Source: an uncultured Elusimicrobiaceae bacterium (GTDB lineage Bacteria > Elusimicrobiota > Elusimicrobia > Elusimicrobiales > UBA9959). From it: 64,000 nucleotides of DNA. The notes below the pieces were generated by a model that saw only the letters and a program-made list of their open reading frames with translations, did no database searches and was not told where the DNA came from. Position numbers and translations under genes: made by a program. The first letter of the stretch is position 1; each line of letters opens with the position of its first letter. Positions 54,110 to 63,311 of the stretch are shown here, piece by piece. The stretch lies in contig CAYPYG010000002.1 of assembly GCA_964415175.1 (NCBI GenBank), forward strand, positions 9,617 to 73,616. The letters run 5' to 3'.

Positions 54110-55245
54110 TAAATCTTACTATTTTTTATTCTTTCGAGAACGGCTGGCAGGGCTTTCTTGAGGATCGCCATAGCGGCGTCGTAGGCGGCCTGCCCCGCGC
54201 CATAGGGGTCGGGCAGGTCTCCTTCGAAGGTCGCGGCGTATTCCGACAGGGTGAAGGTCTTCTTGCGCGCGCCGGGAAAGGCGGCCAGCAGCGCGCTCTT
54301 ATGCGCCGCGCTCATGGCCAGCACGAGGTCGGCCGCGTCCACCGCGGCCTCTTCGGCCGGGGAGGATTCGTGGCCCGGGTCTTCGACGCCCTCGGCGGCC
54401 AGCGCCTTCAGGGCCTCCGGAGGCATGGCGGAACCGGGCGCGGCGGAGATCCCGGCGGAGGAGAATTCGACGTCGATATCCGCCTCCGCGGCGAGCCGGC
54501 GCGCGTAATGCTCCGCCATCGCGCTGCGGCAGGTATTGCCGGTACAGACGAAAAGGACGCGGAACGGCTCTTCCTTGCCGCGGCCCGACGGCCGCAGGAC
54601 CAGGACGAGTTCTCCCTTCACCTGGCCTTTCTTCTCCAGCGCGGCCAGTACTTCGGCTGGAGCGCCGCGCAGCCATTCTTCGTAGACCTTGCTGAGCTCG
54701 CGGGCGAGCGCCGCCTCCGTCCGCGGGAATTCCTCCGCGACCAAAGCCATCAGTTTCTTTATGCGGAAAGGGGATTCGTAGACTATGACGGGCCGGCCCA
54801 GCCCCAGCGCCTGCCTCAGCGCCCTGACCGCCTTGCCGCGCTGGCGCGGCAGGAAGCCGAGGAAGACGAAGGAATCGACGGGGAAGCCGGAGCCGGCGGC
54901 GGCGCACGCCACCGCCGAGGGCCCGGGCAGCGACTCGACGCGCCCGCCGCGCGCGGCCACGGCGGCCGCGAGCTTCCAGCCCGGGTCGGAAATGCAGGGG
55001 GTGCCGCCGTCGGTCACCAGCGCGGCCTTCGCGTTCGAGGCGGCCAGCGAGACGGCCTGTTCGACGGAGCGCGGGTCGTGCTCGTTATAGCGGAGAAGTT
55101 TCTTCTTTATGCCGAAGTGGTTGAGGAGGTTCAGCGTGCGGCGGGTGTCCTCGCAGAGGACGGCGTCGGCCTCTTTGAGGACCTCCAGCGCGCGCAGCGT
55201 TATATCCTTGAGATTGCCTATCGGGGTGGGTACGAGGTAGAGCAC
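54109..55245 (-). CDS. rsmI: fusion: 16S rRNA 2'-O-ribose C1402 methyltransferase RsmI + low-molecular-weight protein phosphatase
   Basis: N-terminal: LYLVPTPIGNLKDITLRALEVLKEADAVLCEDTRRT. C-terminal ~150 aa: VLFVCTGNTCRSAMAE (the CX5R(S/T) P-loop) and DPYG. Confidence 0.88.
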   Translation of the reverse strand: MLYLVPTPIGNLKDITLRALEVLKEADAVLCEDTRRTLNLLNHFGIKKKLLRYNEHDPRSVEQAVSLAASNAKAALVTDGGTPCISDPGWKLAAAVAARGGRVESLPGPSAVACAAAGSGFPVDSFVFLGFLPRQRGKAVRALRQALGLGRPVIVYESPFRIKKLMALVAEEFPRTEAALARELSKVYEEWLRGAPAEVLAALEKKGQVKGELVLVLRPSGRGKEEPFRVLFVCTGNTCRSAMAEHYARRLAAEADIDVEFSSAGISAAPGSAMPPEALKALAAEGVEDPGHESSPAEEAAVDAADLVLAMSAAHKSALLAAFPGARKKTFTLSEYAATFEGDLPDPYGAGQAAYDAAMAILKKALPAVLERIKNSKI

Positions 55246-55255
55246 GGCCGGGGCC

Positions 55256-56494
55256 TCAGGCTTTCCCGTCGTCCGCGCCTTTCCAGTCGCGCTCTTCCAG
55301 CCGCAGGAAAGCCTCGACCACCCTGGGGTCGAACTGCCTGCCCGCGCCTTTGCGCAGTTCGTCCTCCGCTTTCTCGCGGCCGAGGGCCTTGCGGTAGGGG
55401 CGGTCGCTCATCATAGCGTCCCAGGCGTCTATGGTCGAGACTATGCGGGCGCCGAGCGGGATCTCCTCGCCCTTGAGGCCCTCGGGATAGCCGGTGCCGT
55501 TGAACCATTCCTGGTGGTAGAGCACCATCTGCGCGACCGGGCCGAGGAACTGTATGGGAGAGAGGATCTGGTAGCCGATGGCCGGATGCTTCTTTATCTC
55601 GGCGTACTCCTCCGGCGTCAGTCTGCCGGGTTTGCCGAGGATGCCGCCGTCGATGCCTATCTTGCCTATATCGTGCAGCAGGGCCGCGTACTCGACGTAG
55701 CGGATCATCTGCTCGGGCATGCGCAGTTCCTCGGCCAGGCGCCGGGCCTTCTCCCGCGCGCGGCCGGCGTGGTCGCCGGTGTAGGCGTCCTTGGCGTCGA
55801 TGACGCGGGCCAGCGTCTGCACCATCTCGAGGTAGAAGTTCTCTATGCTCTCGTAGAGCTTGATGTTCTCCAGCGTCACGGCCGACTCGCCGGCCAGCAG
55901 CGTCAGGAACTTGAGGTCGTACTCGGTGAAGGCGCCTTTCTCGCGCGAGATATGCAGGTTCAGCACGCCGAAAGGCTTGTCCTTCACCTTGAGCGGCATC
56001 GCGATGAACGGGTCCTTCTGTTCCTCGTGGCCGATGAAGTCCTTGTACTGGTCGCTCTGGGAAGGATCGGTGATGAAAATGGTCTCGCCGGTCTGGAAGG
56101 CGCGGCCGGCCACGCCCTGGCCGGGAGGGATATGGGTTCCTTCTATTATCTCCCGCGAGATGCCGCGCGAGGCCACGATCTTGAGCTCGCGCGAGGCTTC
56201 GTCGTAGACCATCAGCGAGCCGCGATGGGAGCGCAGCAGGTCGCAGGCGCTGTCGAGCACGGCCTGGAAAAAATCCTCTTTCTTCACGGAACCGACGTTC
56301 ACCACGCCTATCTCGTGGATGGTCAGCAGGCTGGTGAGCAGCTCGTCGAACTTGTTCCAGGTCTCCTTGAGGCCGGAGCCTTTCCCGCGCGGCTCCGCGG
56401 GAGCGCTCTCCAGGCTCATCGCGTAGACCTTCCGCAGCAGGAACCCCACGGCGGCGAGCAGTACCGCTATGACCGCCGAAAGCGCGTATATCAT
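55256..56494 (-). CDS. membrane-anchored GAF + HD-GYP domain protein (c-di-GMP phosphodiesterase type)
   Basis: Track ORF trimmed to MIYALSAVIAVLL. A GAF-like middle region, HDIGKIGI and EWFNGTGYPEGL. Confidence 0.88.
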   Translation of the reverse strand: MIYALSAVIAVLLAAVGFLLRKVYAMSLESAPAEPRGKGSGLKETWNKFDELLTSLLTIHEIGVVNVGSVKKEDFFQAVLDSACDLLRSHRGSLMVYDEASRELKIVASRGISREIIEGTHIPPGQGVAGRAFQTGETIFITDPSQSDQYKDFIGHEEQKDPFIAMPLKVKDKPFGVLNLHISREKGAFTEYDLKFLTLLAGESAVTLENIKLYESIENFYLEMVQTLARVIDAKDAYTGDHAGRAREKARRLAEELRMPEQMIRYVEYAALLHDIGKIGIDGGILGKPGRLTPEEYAEIKKHPAIGYQILSPIQFLGPVAQMVLYHQEWFNGTGYPEGLKGEEIPLGARIVSTIDAWDAMMSDRPYRKALGREKAEDELRKGAGRQFDPRVVEAFLRLEERDWKGADDGKA

Positions 56495-56559
56495 CGGCCC
56501 TAGAATAGCAAAAAACCGGAAAAACAGGCAAAGCCGGGGCGGCGGACGCGGCGGAGGGC

Positions 56560-56590
56560 TTGGACAGGAGGGGACTTTAAAGAATATAAT
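56560..56590 (+). promoter_or_regulatory. dapB promoter candidate
   Basis: TTGGAC (56560..56565), a 19-nt spacer, then TATAAT (56585..56590). Only 12 nt separate the -10 from the ATG, which implies a very short or absent leader. Confidence 0.4.
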
Positions 56591-56602
56591 TGACCTTCCG
56601 GA

Positions 56603-57319
56603 ATGACAGACGCGAAGATAAAGATAGCCGTCAACGGCGGGCTCGGCAGAATGGGCCTGAAAGTAAGCGAGCGCCTGGCGCTGCGCCGAGGCGCGGAGCC
56701 CGGGCCGATCTTCGACGCCCTTCCCGGCGGGACCTCGCTCCGGCCCGAAGCCGCGCCGGAGGCCCTCAAAGGCTGCGGCGCGGCCATAGACTTCAGTTCG
56801 CCCGCGGGGGCGGTCTCCTTCGCGGAGGCCTGCGCGTCGGCCGGGGTGCCTTTCGTCACCGGCACCACGGGCCTGTCCCGGGAACACCTCGCCCGGCTCG
56901 GGGACATCTCCTCGAAGATACCGGTCTTCGTCTCGCCGAACATGAGCCCCGCCGTGAACCTCACCTTCGCCGTCGCGCGGCTGATGGCCTCCAGGCTGGA
57001 GGGCTTCGACGTCCACGTCAGCGAGGTCCATCACCGGCTCAAGAAGGACTCGCCGTCGGGCACGGCGCTGCGCTACCTGGACGCCGTGAAGGCGGGCGGC
57101 CGCCAGGCTTCGGTCTCCAGCGCGCGCGCCGGGGATATCGTGGGGGAGCACACCGTGCTCTTCGCCGGGCCGCACGAACGGGTCGAGCTCACGCACAGGG
57201 CCCATTCGCGCGACGTCTTCGCGGACGGCGCCATTACGGCCGCCCTCTGGCTCGCCGGCAAAGAGAAAGGATTCTACGACTACGCCGATCTGCTGGGGCT
57301 CAAAGGGGTTGCGCAATGA
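56603..57319 (+). CDS. dapB: 4-hydroxy-tetrahydrodipicolinate reductase
   Basis: KIAVNGGLGRMG, EVHHRLKKDSPSGTA. Confidence 0.92.
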   Translation: MTDAKIKIAVNGGLGRMGLKVSERLALRRGAEPGPIFDALPGGTSLRPEAAPEALKGCGAAIDFSSPAGAVSFAEACASAGVPFVTGTTGLSREHLARLGDISSKIPVFVSPNMSPAVNLTFAVARLMASRLEGFDVHVSEVHHRLKKDSPSGTALRYLDAVKAGGRQASVSSARAGDIVGEHTVLFAGPHERVELTHRAHSRDVFADGAITAALWLAGKEKGFYDYADLLGLKGVAQ

Positions 57320-58269
57320 CCGTACAGGAGATCTTCTACTGGCTGCTCTTCTCGCTGCTGGCCCTCTCGGCCGGCGCCGTATGGCTCGCCTACCTCAAGA
57401 GCTTCTCGATCATACGGCCGGCGCGCATGAAGCTCGCCCACCTGCCGGACCAGTTCCGGCTGGCCTACGAGCCGGTGGTCTTTCCCTCCACCGACGGGGT
57501 GGCCCTGCGCGGCTGGTTCATCCCGGCCGGCGGGGAACGGAGCTCCAGGATGATAGTCTTCTGCCACGGCTGGGGCTCCAACAAGTCGGAGCTGATGCGC
57601 GACACCAATTTCCTCGCCGGGCTGGGGTTCAACCTTTTCTATTTCGATTTCCGCGCCTCGGGCGAGAGCGCGGGCGGCATGGCCAGCGTCGGGTACCTGG
57701 AAACGCGCGACCTGGAAGCGGCCTTCGCCTGGCTGCAGGCCAACAGGCCGGAAGCCTGCGCCGGCGGCATGGGCCTTTTCGGCCTCTCGATGGGCGCCTC
57801 GGTGGCGATGTGGAAGACCGCCAGGCGGCCGGAGGTGAAATGCCTGCTGGCCGAGAACGTCTTCCTTTCCTACACGCGCGTCATAGCGAACTGGGGCTGG
57901 AGGCGGCTCAAGGTGCCGTTCTACCCGCTGATACCGATGATCCTCTTCTTCGTGCGCCTCAAGCTCGGCGCGGACCCGGAGCCGTACAGCCCCGTCCACA
58001 CGGCCCCGGCCGTGAAACAGCCCGTGCTGTTCGTGCAGGGGGACCAGGACGAGCTCGTGCCGCAGGAAGAGGCGAAACTGCTCTACGAGATCTGCGGCTC
58101 GTCGGAAAAGGCCCTCTGGACCGTCACGGGCGCGGGCCACGCCAAGTGCGCCGAGGTCGGCGGCGAGGCCTACCGCCGGAAGGTCGCGGAGTTCTTCCAG
58201 ACCCATCTCCCGCCGGAGCCGGAGCCCGCCGAACCGCCCCCCGGGGCGGTAAAAACGGTCGGCGCGTGA
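57316..58269 (+). CDS. membrane-anchored alpha/beta hydrolase
   Basis: Track ORF trimmed to the ATGA overlap. CHGWGSN and GLSMGA (GxSxG). Confidence 0.85.
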   Translation: MTVQEIFYWLLFSLLALSAGAVWLAYLKSFSIIRPARMKLAHLPDQFRLAYEPVVFPSTDGVALRGWFIPAGGERSSRMIVFCHGWGSNKSELMRDTNFLAGLGFNLFYFDFRASGESAGGMASVGYLETRDLEAAFAWLQANRPEACAGGMGLFGLSMGASVAMWKTARRPEVKCLLAENVFLSYTRVIANWGWRRLKVPFYPLIPMILFFVRLKLGADPEPYSPVHTAPAVKQPVLFVQGDQDELVPQEEAKLLYEICGSSEKALWTVTGAGHAKCAEVGGEAYRRKVAEFFQTHLPPEPEPAEPPPGAVKTVGA

Positions 58270-58353
58270 AAACCGCCCTTGAATTCTCCGTCGGCATAAT
58301 GTAAACTTTTCGGAGTTGCAGCAAGCGAAGTTCCCGTTAGGAGGGAAGACGAA

Positions 58354-58614
58354 ATGGCTGAGAAAGTAATGAAACTGCATGTTAAGCGCGAGGATGGTTT
58401 CCTTTATTACATCGACAAGCAGGGCGATGTTTCCCGCGCCAAGATGGCCCGCGGCGGCAAGAAGGGCGGCAAGCCCTCCAAGGTCGCCAAGGCCGGCGTC
58501 AAGAAAGAGGAAGGCTACCTGTATTTCCTCGACAAAGCCGGCGACATATCCCGCGCCAAGATGGTCAACGCCGGGAAGGGCAAGAAGAAGGCCAAGAAAG
58601 GCAAGCGCAAGTAA
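58354..58614 (+). CDS. small highly basic protein with two tandem ~33-aa repeats
   Basis: REDGFLYYIDKQGDVSRAKMARGGKKGGK / KEEGYLYFLDKAGDISRAKMVNAGKGKKK. A GGAGGGAAG SD and a strong terminator downstream. Confidence 0.75.
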   Translation: MAEKVMKLHVKREDGFLYYIDKQGDVSRAKMARGGKKGGKPSKVAKAGVKKEEGYLYFLDKAGDISRAKMVNAGKGKKKAKKGKRK

Positions 58615-58642
58615 TCCGCGGTTTTAAACCAAGGAGAACGAA

Positions 58643-58676
58643 AACCGTCCGGGCCCCCGCCCGGGCGGTTTTTTTT
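58643..58676 (+). terminator. intrinsic terminator
   Basis: ACCGTCCGGGC-CCCC-GCCCGGGCGGTTTTTTTT. Confidence 0.8.
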
Positions 58677-58715
58677 CGGGGTCCGGCGGCGCCGGGCTTT
58701 TGCTAAAATAGCCGC

Positions 58716-59600
58716 ATGGCGGATATCATAGAAGGCAAGACCCTCTCCCGGACCATCCTCGCGGACGTCGCCGCCCGCGCGGCCTCGGCCGCCACGGCGC
58801 TGGGCAGGAAGCCCTCGCTGGCGATAATCAACTACTACGCGGATTCCCCCTCGGCGATCTACGTAAAGCGCAAGATGACCGCCTGCGCCGCGGCCGGCAT
58901 AGAGACCCGCCTGCTGATGCCGGACGAGGCGAAAGGGAAGGACCATTTCTTCGGCCTGCTGCGGGAACTGGGCGCGGACACCGGAACGGACGCCATAATG
59001 GTGGAGCGGCCGCTGCCCCCGGGCTTCGACGTGCCGGAAGCCTGGGAACTGCTCGACCCCGCCAAGGACCCCGACGCGCTCTCGACGCTCAATATGGGCC
59101 GTCTTTTCCTGGCCAAGACCTGGCGGGAAATAGAGGAAGGCGGATTTTTCGTGCCCTGCACGGCCCTGGCCGTCGTGAAGATACTGAGGCACGCCGGCAT
59201 CGACCCGTCGGGCAGGGAGATCGCCGTCGTGGGCCGCTCGGCCATAGTGGGCAGGCCGGCGGCGCACATGCTGACCTGCCTGGACGCGACCGTGACCCTC
59301 TGCCATTCGCGCACGAAGGACATAGCCGCCGTGCTGAAACGGGCGGAGATCGTCGTCACCGCCATCGGGAAGGCCCTGTGGCTCAAGCCGGGCATGATAA
59401 GCCCCGGCGCGACCGTCATAGACGTCGGCACCAATATCGGCCCCGACGGGAAGATGTGCGGCGACGCGGACTTCGCGGCCCTGGCCGGGACGGCCGGCCG
59501 CATTACGCCGGTGCCCGGCGGGGTGGGTCCGGTGACCCTGGCCTGCCTGCTGGAAGCGGCGGTGAAAGCCGCGGAAAGAAGGACGAAGGGGGAGAAATGA
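58716..59600 (+). CDS. folD: bifunctional methylenetetrahydrofolate dehydrogenase/cyclohydrolase
   Basis: IYVKRKMTAC, VVGRSAIVGRP, ITPVPGGVGPVT. Confidence 0.95.
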   Translation: MADIIEGKTLSRTILADVAARAASAATALGRKPSLAIINYYADSPSAIYVKRKMTACAAAGIETRLLMPDEAKGKDHFFGLLRELGADTGTDAIMVERPLPPGFDVPEAWELLDPAKDPDALSTLNMGRLFLAKTWREIEEGGFFVPCTALAVVKILRHAGIDPSGREIAVVGRSAIVGRPAAHMLTCLDATVTLCHSRTKDIAAVLKRAEIVVTAIGKALWLKPGMISPGATVIDVGTNIGPDGKMCGDADFAALAGTAGRITPVPGGVGPVTLACLLEAAVKAAERRTKGEK

Positions 59601-60094
59601 AGGGAACGTTCCTGTTCGCGACGGCCGCGCTGCTGCTGGCGGCCCGGTCCCCCGCGGCGGAGGCGGACCTCTCGCTGCCGGCCGATAAGAAGATCGTGAG
59701 GACGACCGGGGAAAGTCCGGCGGACGCGCCGGCGCCCGCGGAGCCGAAGAAGAGAACGGCGAAAAAAAAGAAAAAGTCCGGCTACAAGTTCGAGGCGCAG
59801 GAGAAGCACCAGTACAAGTACGATCAGAACGGCAAGCCGCTGACCGGCAAGAAAAAGGCCTCCTCCAAAAAGAAGTCCGCCGCGAAGAAGGACGACGCCG
59901 GCTACAAATTCAGGCACCAGGAAAAAGCCTCCACGTACAAGTTCGACGAGGAGGCCAACCCCATAAGCAAGCCCGGCGCGAAGAAGGCGGCGCCGAAGAA
60001 ACCGGCGGGCAAGACAAAGAAAAAAGAGGAGCCGCCGCCTTACGACGACTCCCTCTCCGTGGACAAGAAGGTCATAAGCCTGGAGGGGGAATAA
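59597..60094 (+). CDS. secreted Lys-rich protein with GYKF repeats
   Basis: Track ORF trimmed to the ATGA overlap. Signal peptide MKGTFLFATAALLLAARSPAAEA. SGYKFEAQEKHQYKYDQNGKP and AGYKFRHQEKASTYKFDEEANP. Confidence 0.7.
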   Translation: MKGTFLFATAALLLAARSPAAEADLSLPADKKIVRTTGESPADAPAPAEPKKRTAKKKKKSGYKFEAQEKHQYKYDQNGKPLTGKKKASSKKKSAAKKDDAGYKFRHQEKASTYKFDEEANPISKPGAKKAAPKKPAGKTKKKEEPPPYDDSLSVDKKVISLEGE

Positions 60095-60582
60095 TGGCCG
60101 ACCTGCTGGTCAAGCTCTACGAAGTCCCGCCGTCCGCGGCCGCCGTCGGGGCGCTGGCGCGCGAGGGGGTGGAGATACGCCGGGCCATAGGGCCCGAGAA
60201 GCACGCGGTGGTGGAATGGGCGGAAGAGAAATTTTCGCGGGCCTGGGCCGCGGAATGCGACGTGGCCATGTCCGGCCAGCCGGTCACCTGCTTCATCGCC
60301 GTGAAGGAAGGGAAGCTCCTGGGCTTCGCCTGCTACGATTCCACGCTCAAGGGGTTCTTCGGACCGATAGGGGTGGACCCGGCCGCGCATAAGAAGGGGC
60401 TGGGCAAGGCCCTGCTGCTGCGCGCGCTCGAGGCCATGCGCGACGCCGGCTACGGCTACGCGGCCATAGGCTGGGCCGGGCCCGTGGACTTCTTCAAAAA
60501 GACCGTCGGCGCCGTGGTCATAGAGGGCTCCGAGCCCGGCGTCTACCGCAACCTGGTGAAAGCCGGCCCCAAGAGAAAATGA
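60094..60582 (+). CDS. GNAT family N-acetyltransferase
   Basis: GPIGVDPAAHKKGLGKALLLRALEAMRDAGY (motif A). TAATG overlap. Confidence 0.85.
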   Translation: MADLLVKLYEVPPSAAAVGALAREGVEIRRAIGPEKHAVVEWAEEKFSRAWAAECDVAMSGQPVTCFIAVKEGKLLGFACYDSTLKGFFGPIGVDPAAHKKGLGKALLLRALEAMRDAGYGYAAIGWAGPVDFFKKTVGAVVIEGSEPGVYRNLVKAGPKRK

Positions 60583-61346
60583 AGGTCCCCCGCGAGTGGC
60601 ACAGGAGTTTCTTCGTTAATTCCTTCTATAACCCCGCCGGCGAACTCGCCGTGGCCAGGGCCCGGGCCGAGGCGGCCTTCGTCCTGAAAAAGCTGAGGCT
60701 GAAAAAAGGCGCGGCACTGCTCGACCTCTGCTGCGGGCCCGGCCGCCACGCGGTGGAATTCGCCCGCAGGGGTATGACGGTCACCGGGCTGGACTTTTCC
60801 GCCGAGTATCTCCGCGAAGCGGAGACCCGGGCGAAAAATAAAAAGGTCCAGCTGCGGCTGGTCCGCGGCGACATGCGCCGCATCCCCTTCCGCGGAGAAT
60901 TCGACGCCGTCGTCAACCTCTTCACGAGCTTCGGATACTTTCCGCGCTTCTCGGACGATATCCGGACGCTCAAAGGCGTCGCCCGCGCGCTGAAGCCCGG
61001 GGGATTTTTTCTCATAGACATCGTCAACGGGGACGGCGTGAGGAAGGATTTCATCGCCCGCAACTGGCACGAGACCCGGAGGAGCGGCTGGCTTCTGGAA
61101 GAACGCAGCCTCACCGCCGACGGCTGTTTCAACGAATGGACGCGAATAAAGCCCGGCGGCCGCGTCATCAGGCGCAAATTCTTCACCCGCCTCTACGACA
61201 GGCCCCGCCTCTCCTCGGCCCTGCGCAGGGCCGGGCTCGAGCCCCTGCGGTTCTGGGGCGGATTCGACGGCTCCCGCCTGCGGCCGCTGTCGCTGCGCCT
61301 GATCTGCCTGGCCCGGCGGGCTAAACCCCGCCGGCTTCCGAAATAA
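60579..61346 (+). CDS. class I SAM-dependent methyltransferase
   Basis: LLDLCCGPGRHAVEFARRG, and LKPGGFFLID. Confidence 0.85.
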   Translation: MKVPREWHRSFFVNSFYNPAGELAVARARAEAAFVLKKLRLKKGAALLDLCCGPGRHAVEFARRGMTVTGLDFSAEYLREAETRAKNKKVQLRLVRGDMRRIPFRGEFDAVVNLFTSFGYFPRFSDDIRTLKGVARALKPGGFFLIDIVNGDGVRKDFIARNWHETRRSGWLLEERSLTADGCFNEWTRIKPGGRVIRRKFFTRLYDRPRLSSALRRAGLEPLRFWGGFDGSRLRPLSLRLICLARRAKPRRLPK

Positions 61347-61722
61347 CGGCCCGCACTTCCGCGGCTATCGTCTCCACGCTCTGCGTCTTCGAAAGGACGC
61401 GCTTCACCTGCGGGAAAACGGAAAGTTCCTCGCGGCTGTTGGTGTTGAAATGAGTGGCCGTGACTATGACCACCGGGATGCGCGCGAGCTCCGGGCGCCT
61501 GGACAACTCTCTTATCAGCTGCACGCCGTCGAGTTCCGGCATCCCTATGTCGGAGACCACCGCCGCGGGCGGCCTTTCCAGGCAGAGCGAAAGGCCCTGC
61601 AGGCCGCTGTGCCCGACGGAGATCTCGAACTCCTCTTCCAGGGCCGCGGCCAGCAGCGCGGCGAACATCTCGTTGTCGTCCAGAACGACTATCCTCGGGC
61701 GGCTCATGCGTAAAGTATACAA
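61321..61722 (-). CDS. single-domain response regulator
   Basis: RIVVLDDNEMF, AVVSDIGMPELDG, and a VVIVTA receiver pattern. Confidence 0.85.
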   Translation of the reverse strand: MYTLRMSRPRIVVLDDNEMFAALLAAALEEEFEISVGHSGLQGLSLCLERPPAAVVSDIGMPELDGVQLIRELSRRPELARIPVVIVTATHFNTNSREELSVFPQVKRVLSKTQSVETIAAEVRAVISEAGGV

Positions 61723-61728
61723 AAAGGC

Positions 61729-62751
61729 TCAGCGCCGCCCGCGGGCCGCCAGCTGCCCGCAGGCGGCCGAGATGTCCGGCCCCTTTTCGAGCCGCAGGTA
61801 GGTCCTCACGCCGGAGGCGATCATGGCCTTCTGGAAAGCCTTCACCTCCCGCGTTACGCCGGCCCCCGGACCCCCGGGCGGGTTATGGGGTATGAGGTTC
61901 AGCCGGCAGGGGATATCCTTTATCAGCCCGGCCAGACGGGAGGCGTCCTCCGCGGAATCGTTCACGCCGTCGAAAACGATGTACTCGAAAAAGACCTGGG
62001 CGCGCCGGGCCGCGCAATAGTCGCGCGCGGCCGCGAGCACCTCCCGCAGCGGCCAGCGGGCCTCCATCGGCACCAGGCGCGCGCGCAGCTTCTCGTCCGC
62101 CGCGACCAGGGACACTGCCAGCCTGAGCTTCAGCGGCGAGCCGGCGAGCTCCCTTATCACGGGGACCACCCCGACGGTGGAGACCGTCATTCTGCTCTGC
62201 GGGAAGCCGTGGCCGGCGTCGTCGGAGAGTATCAGCACGGCTTTCCTGAGGTTCTCCCAGTTCAGGAAAGGCTCGCCCATCCCCATGAAGACCAGACTGG
62301 AGAGCGGCCCTCCCGCTTCGCGCCGGCAGGCCTCGTACTGCGCGACGATCTCCGAGGGACGCAGGTCCCTCACCAGGCCCATCGCGCCGGTGGCGCAGAA
62401 AGAGCAGCCGCAGGCGCAGCCCGACTGCGAGGAGAGGCAGGCGGAGAGGCGGCCTTTGCCCGGCAGCACCACGCTCTCGGCCGGCGCCCCGCCCTCGAAG
62501 AAGAAGAGCAGTTTGCGGGTGCCGTCCGCCGCCGAGACGAAGACCTCCGGCGCGGCCGCCGGCGCCAGGGAAAACCATTCCGCCAGCCGTCGGCGCAGCC
62601 GCGCCGGAACGCCGGAGAGACCGGCGAAGGACCCGGCCCCTTCCCTGTACAGGGCGGAGAACGCCGCGGCGGCGTGGACGGGCTTCTCGCCGAGACGGAC
62701 GAGGGCCTCCTCCAGTTCGGCCCGGGTCAGGTCCTTAATTCCGGGTTTCAT
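61729..62751 (-). CDS. second RlmN/Cfr-family radical-SAM RNA methyltransferase
   Basis: SACLSSQSGCACGCSFCATG, FMGMGEPFLN, and C-terminal GPDISAACGQL. Clearly divergent from the copy at 31585..32628. Confidence 0.88.
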   Translation of the reverse strand: MKPGIKDLTRAELEEALVRLGEKPVHAAAAFSALYREGAGSFAGLSGVPARLRRRLAEWFSLAPAAAPEVFVSAADGTRKLLFFFEGGAPAESVVLPGKGRLSACLSSQSGCACGCSFCATGAMGLVRDLRPSEIVAQYEACRREAGGPLSSLVFMGMGEPFLNWENLRKAVLILSDDAGHGFPQSRMTVSTVGVVPVIRELAGSPLKLRLAVSLVAADEKLRARLVPMEARWPLREVLAAARDYCAARRAQVFFEYIVFDGVNDSAEDASRLAGLIKDIPCRLNLIPHNPPGGPGAGVTREVKAFQKAMIASGVRTYLRLEKGPDISAACGQLAARGRR

Positions 62752-62792
62752 TCCTTTCTATGTTACAAAATAGCCGCCGCCCGGGCCGGCGC

Positions 62793-62850
62793 GATTTAAC
62801 AAAGATTTAACACGCAGGACATTGCCCCGTTCGCGCCCGGAGGTTAAACT
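62793..62850 (+). promoter_or_regulatory. promoter candidate with an upstream tandem GATTTAACA repeat
   Basis: GATTTAACA at 62793..62801 and 62804..62812. TTGCCC (62822..62827), a 17-nt spacer, then TAAACT (62845..62850). Confidence 0.45.
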
Positions 62851-62867
62851 ATACCCGGAGAGACCTT

Positions 62868-63311
62868 ATGCGGATACCAACGATGCTGCTCGCCATTATG
62901 ACGGTCCTGGCCGCGCCGGGCGCGGCGGAGTTCTATTCCGTCACCTCTAAAATGGCCAATGTCAGGAGCGGGCCGGGCGGCGCCAACGAATCCCTCTGGC
63001 AGGTACTGCGCTACGCGCCCTTCGAGGTGCTGGGCCGCAGCGGGGCGTGGACGCACGTCCGCGACTACGAAGGGGACGAAGGCTGGGTGCACGGTTCCAT
63101 ACTGTCCAAGGTCCGCGCCGTGGCGGTAAAGACGGAAAAGGCGAATCTCCGCGAGACGCCCGGCGGCGAGATCTCCTGGGTGCTGGACCGGGGTTATCCG
63201 ATGAAACTGCTCAAGACCGAAGGCAACTGGGTGCAGGTGACCGACGGCGAAGCCACCGGCTGGCTGCACAGGAGCGTGGTCTGGGGTCTGGAGGAAGACG
63301 AGGACGGCTAA
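62868..63311 (+). CDS. secreted protein with two bacterial SH3 domains
   Basis: Signal peptide, then two units of the form ANVRSGPG...W..V....GDEGWVH / ANLRETPG...WVQV..GEATGWLH. Confidence 0.8.
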   Translation: MRIPTMLLAIMTVLAAPGAAEFYSVTSKMANVRSGPGGANESLWQVLRYAPFEVLGRSGAWTHVRDYEGDEGWVHGSILSKVRAVAVKTEKANLRETPGGEISWVLDRGYPMKLLKTEGNWVQVTDGEATGWLHRSVVWGLEEDEDG

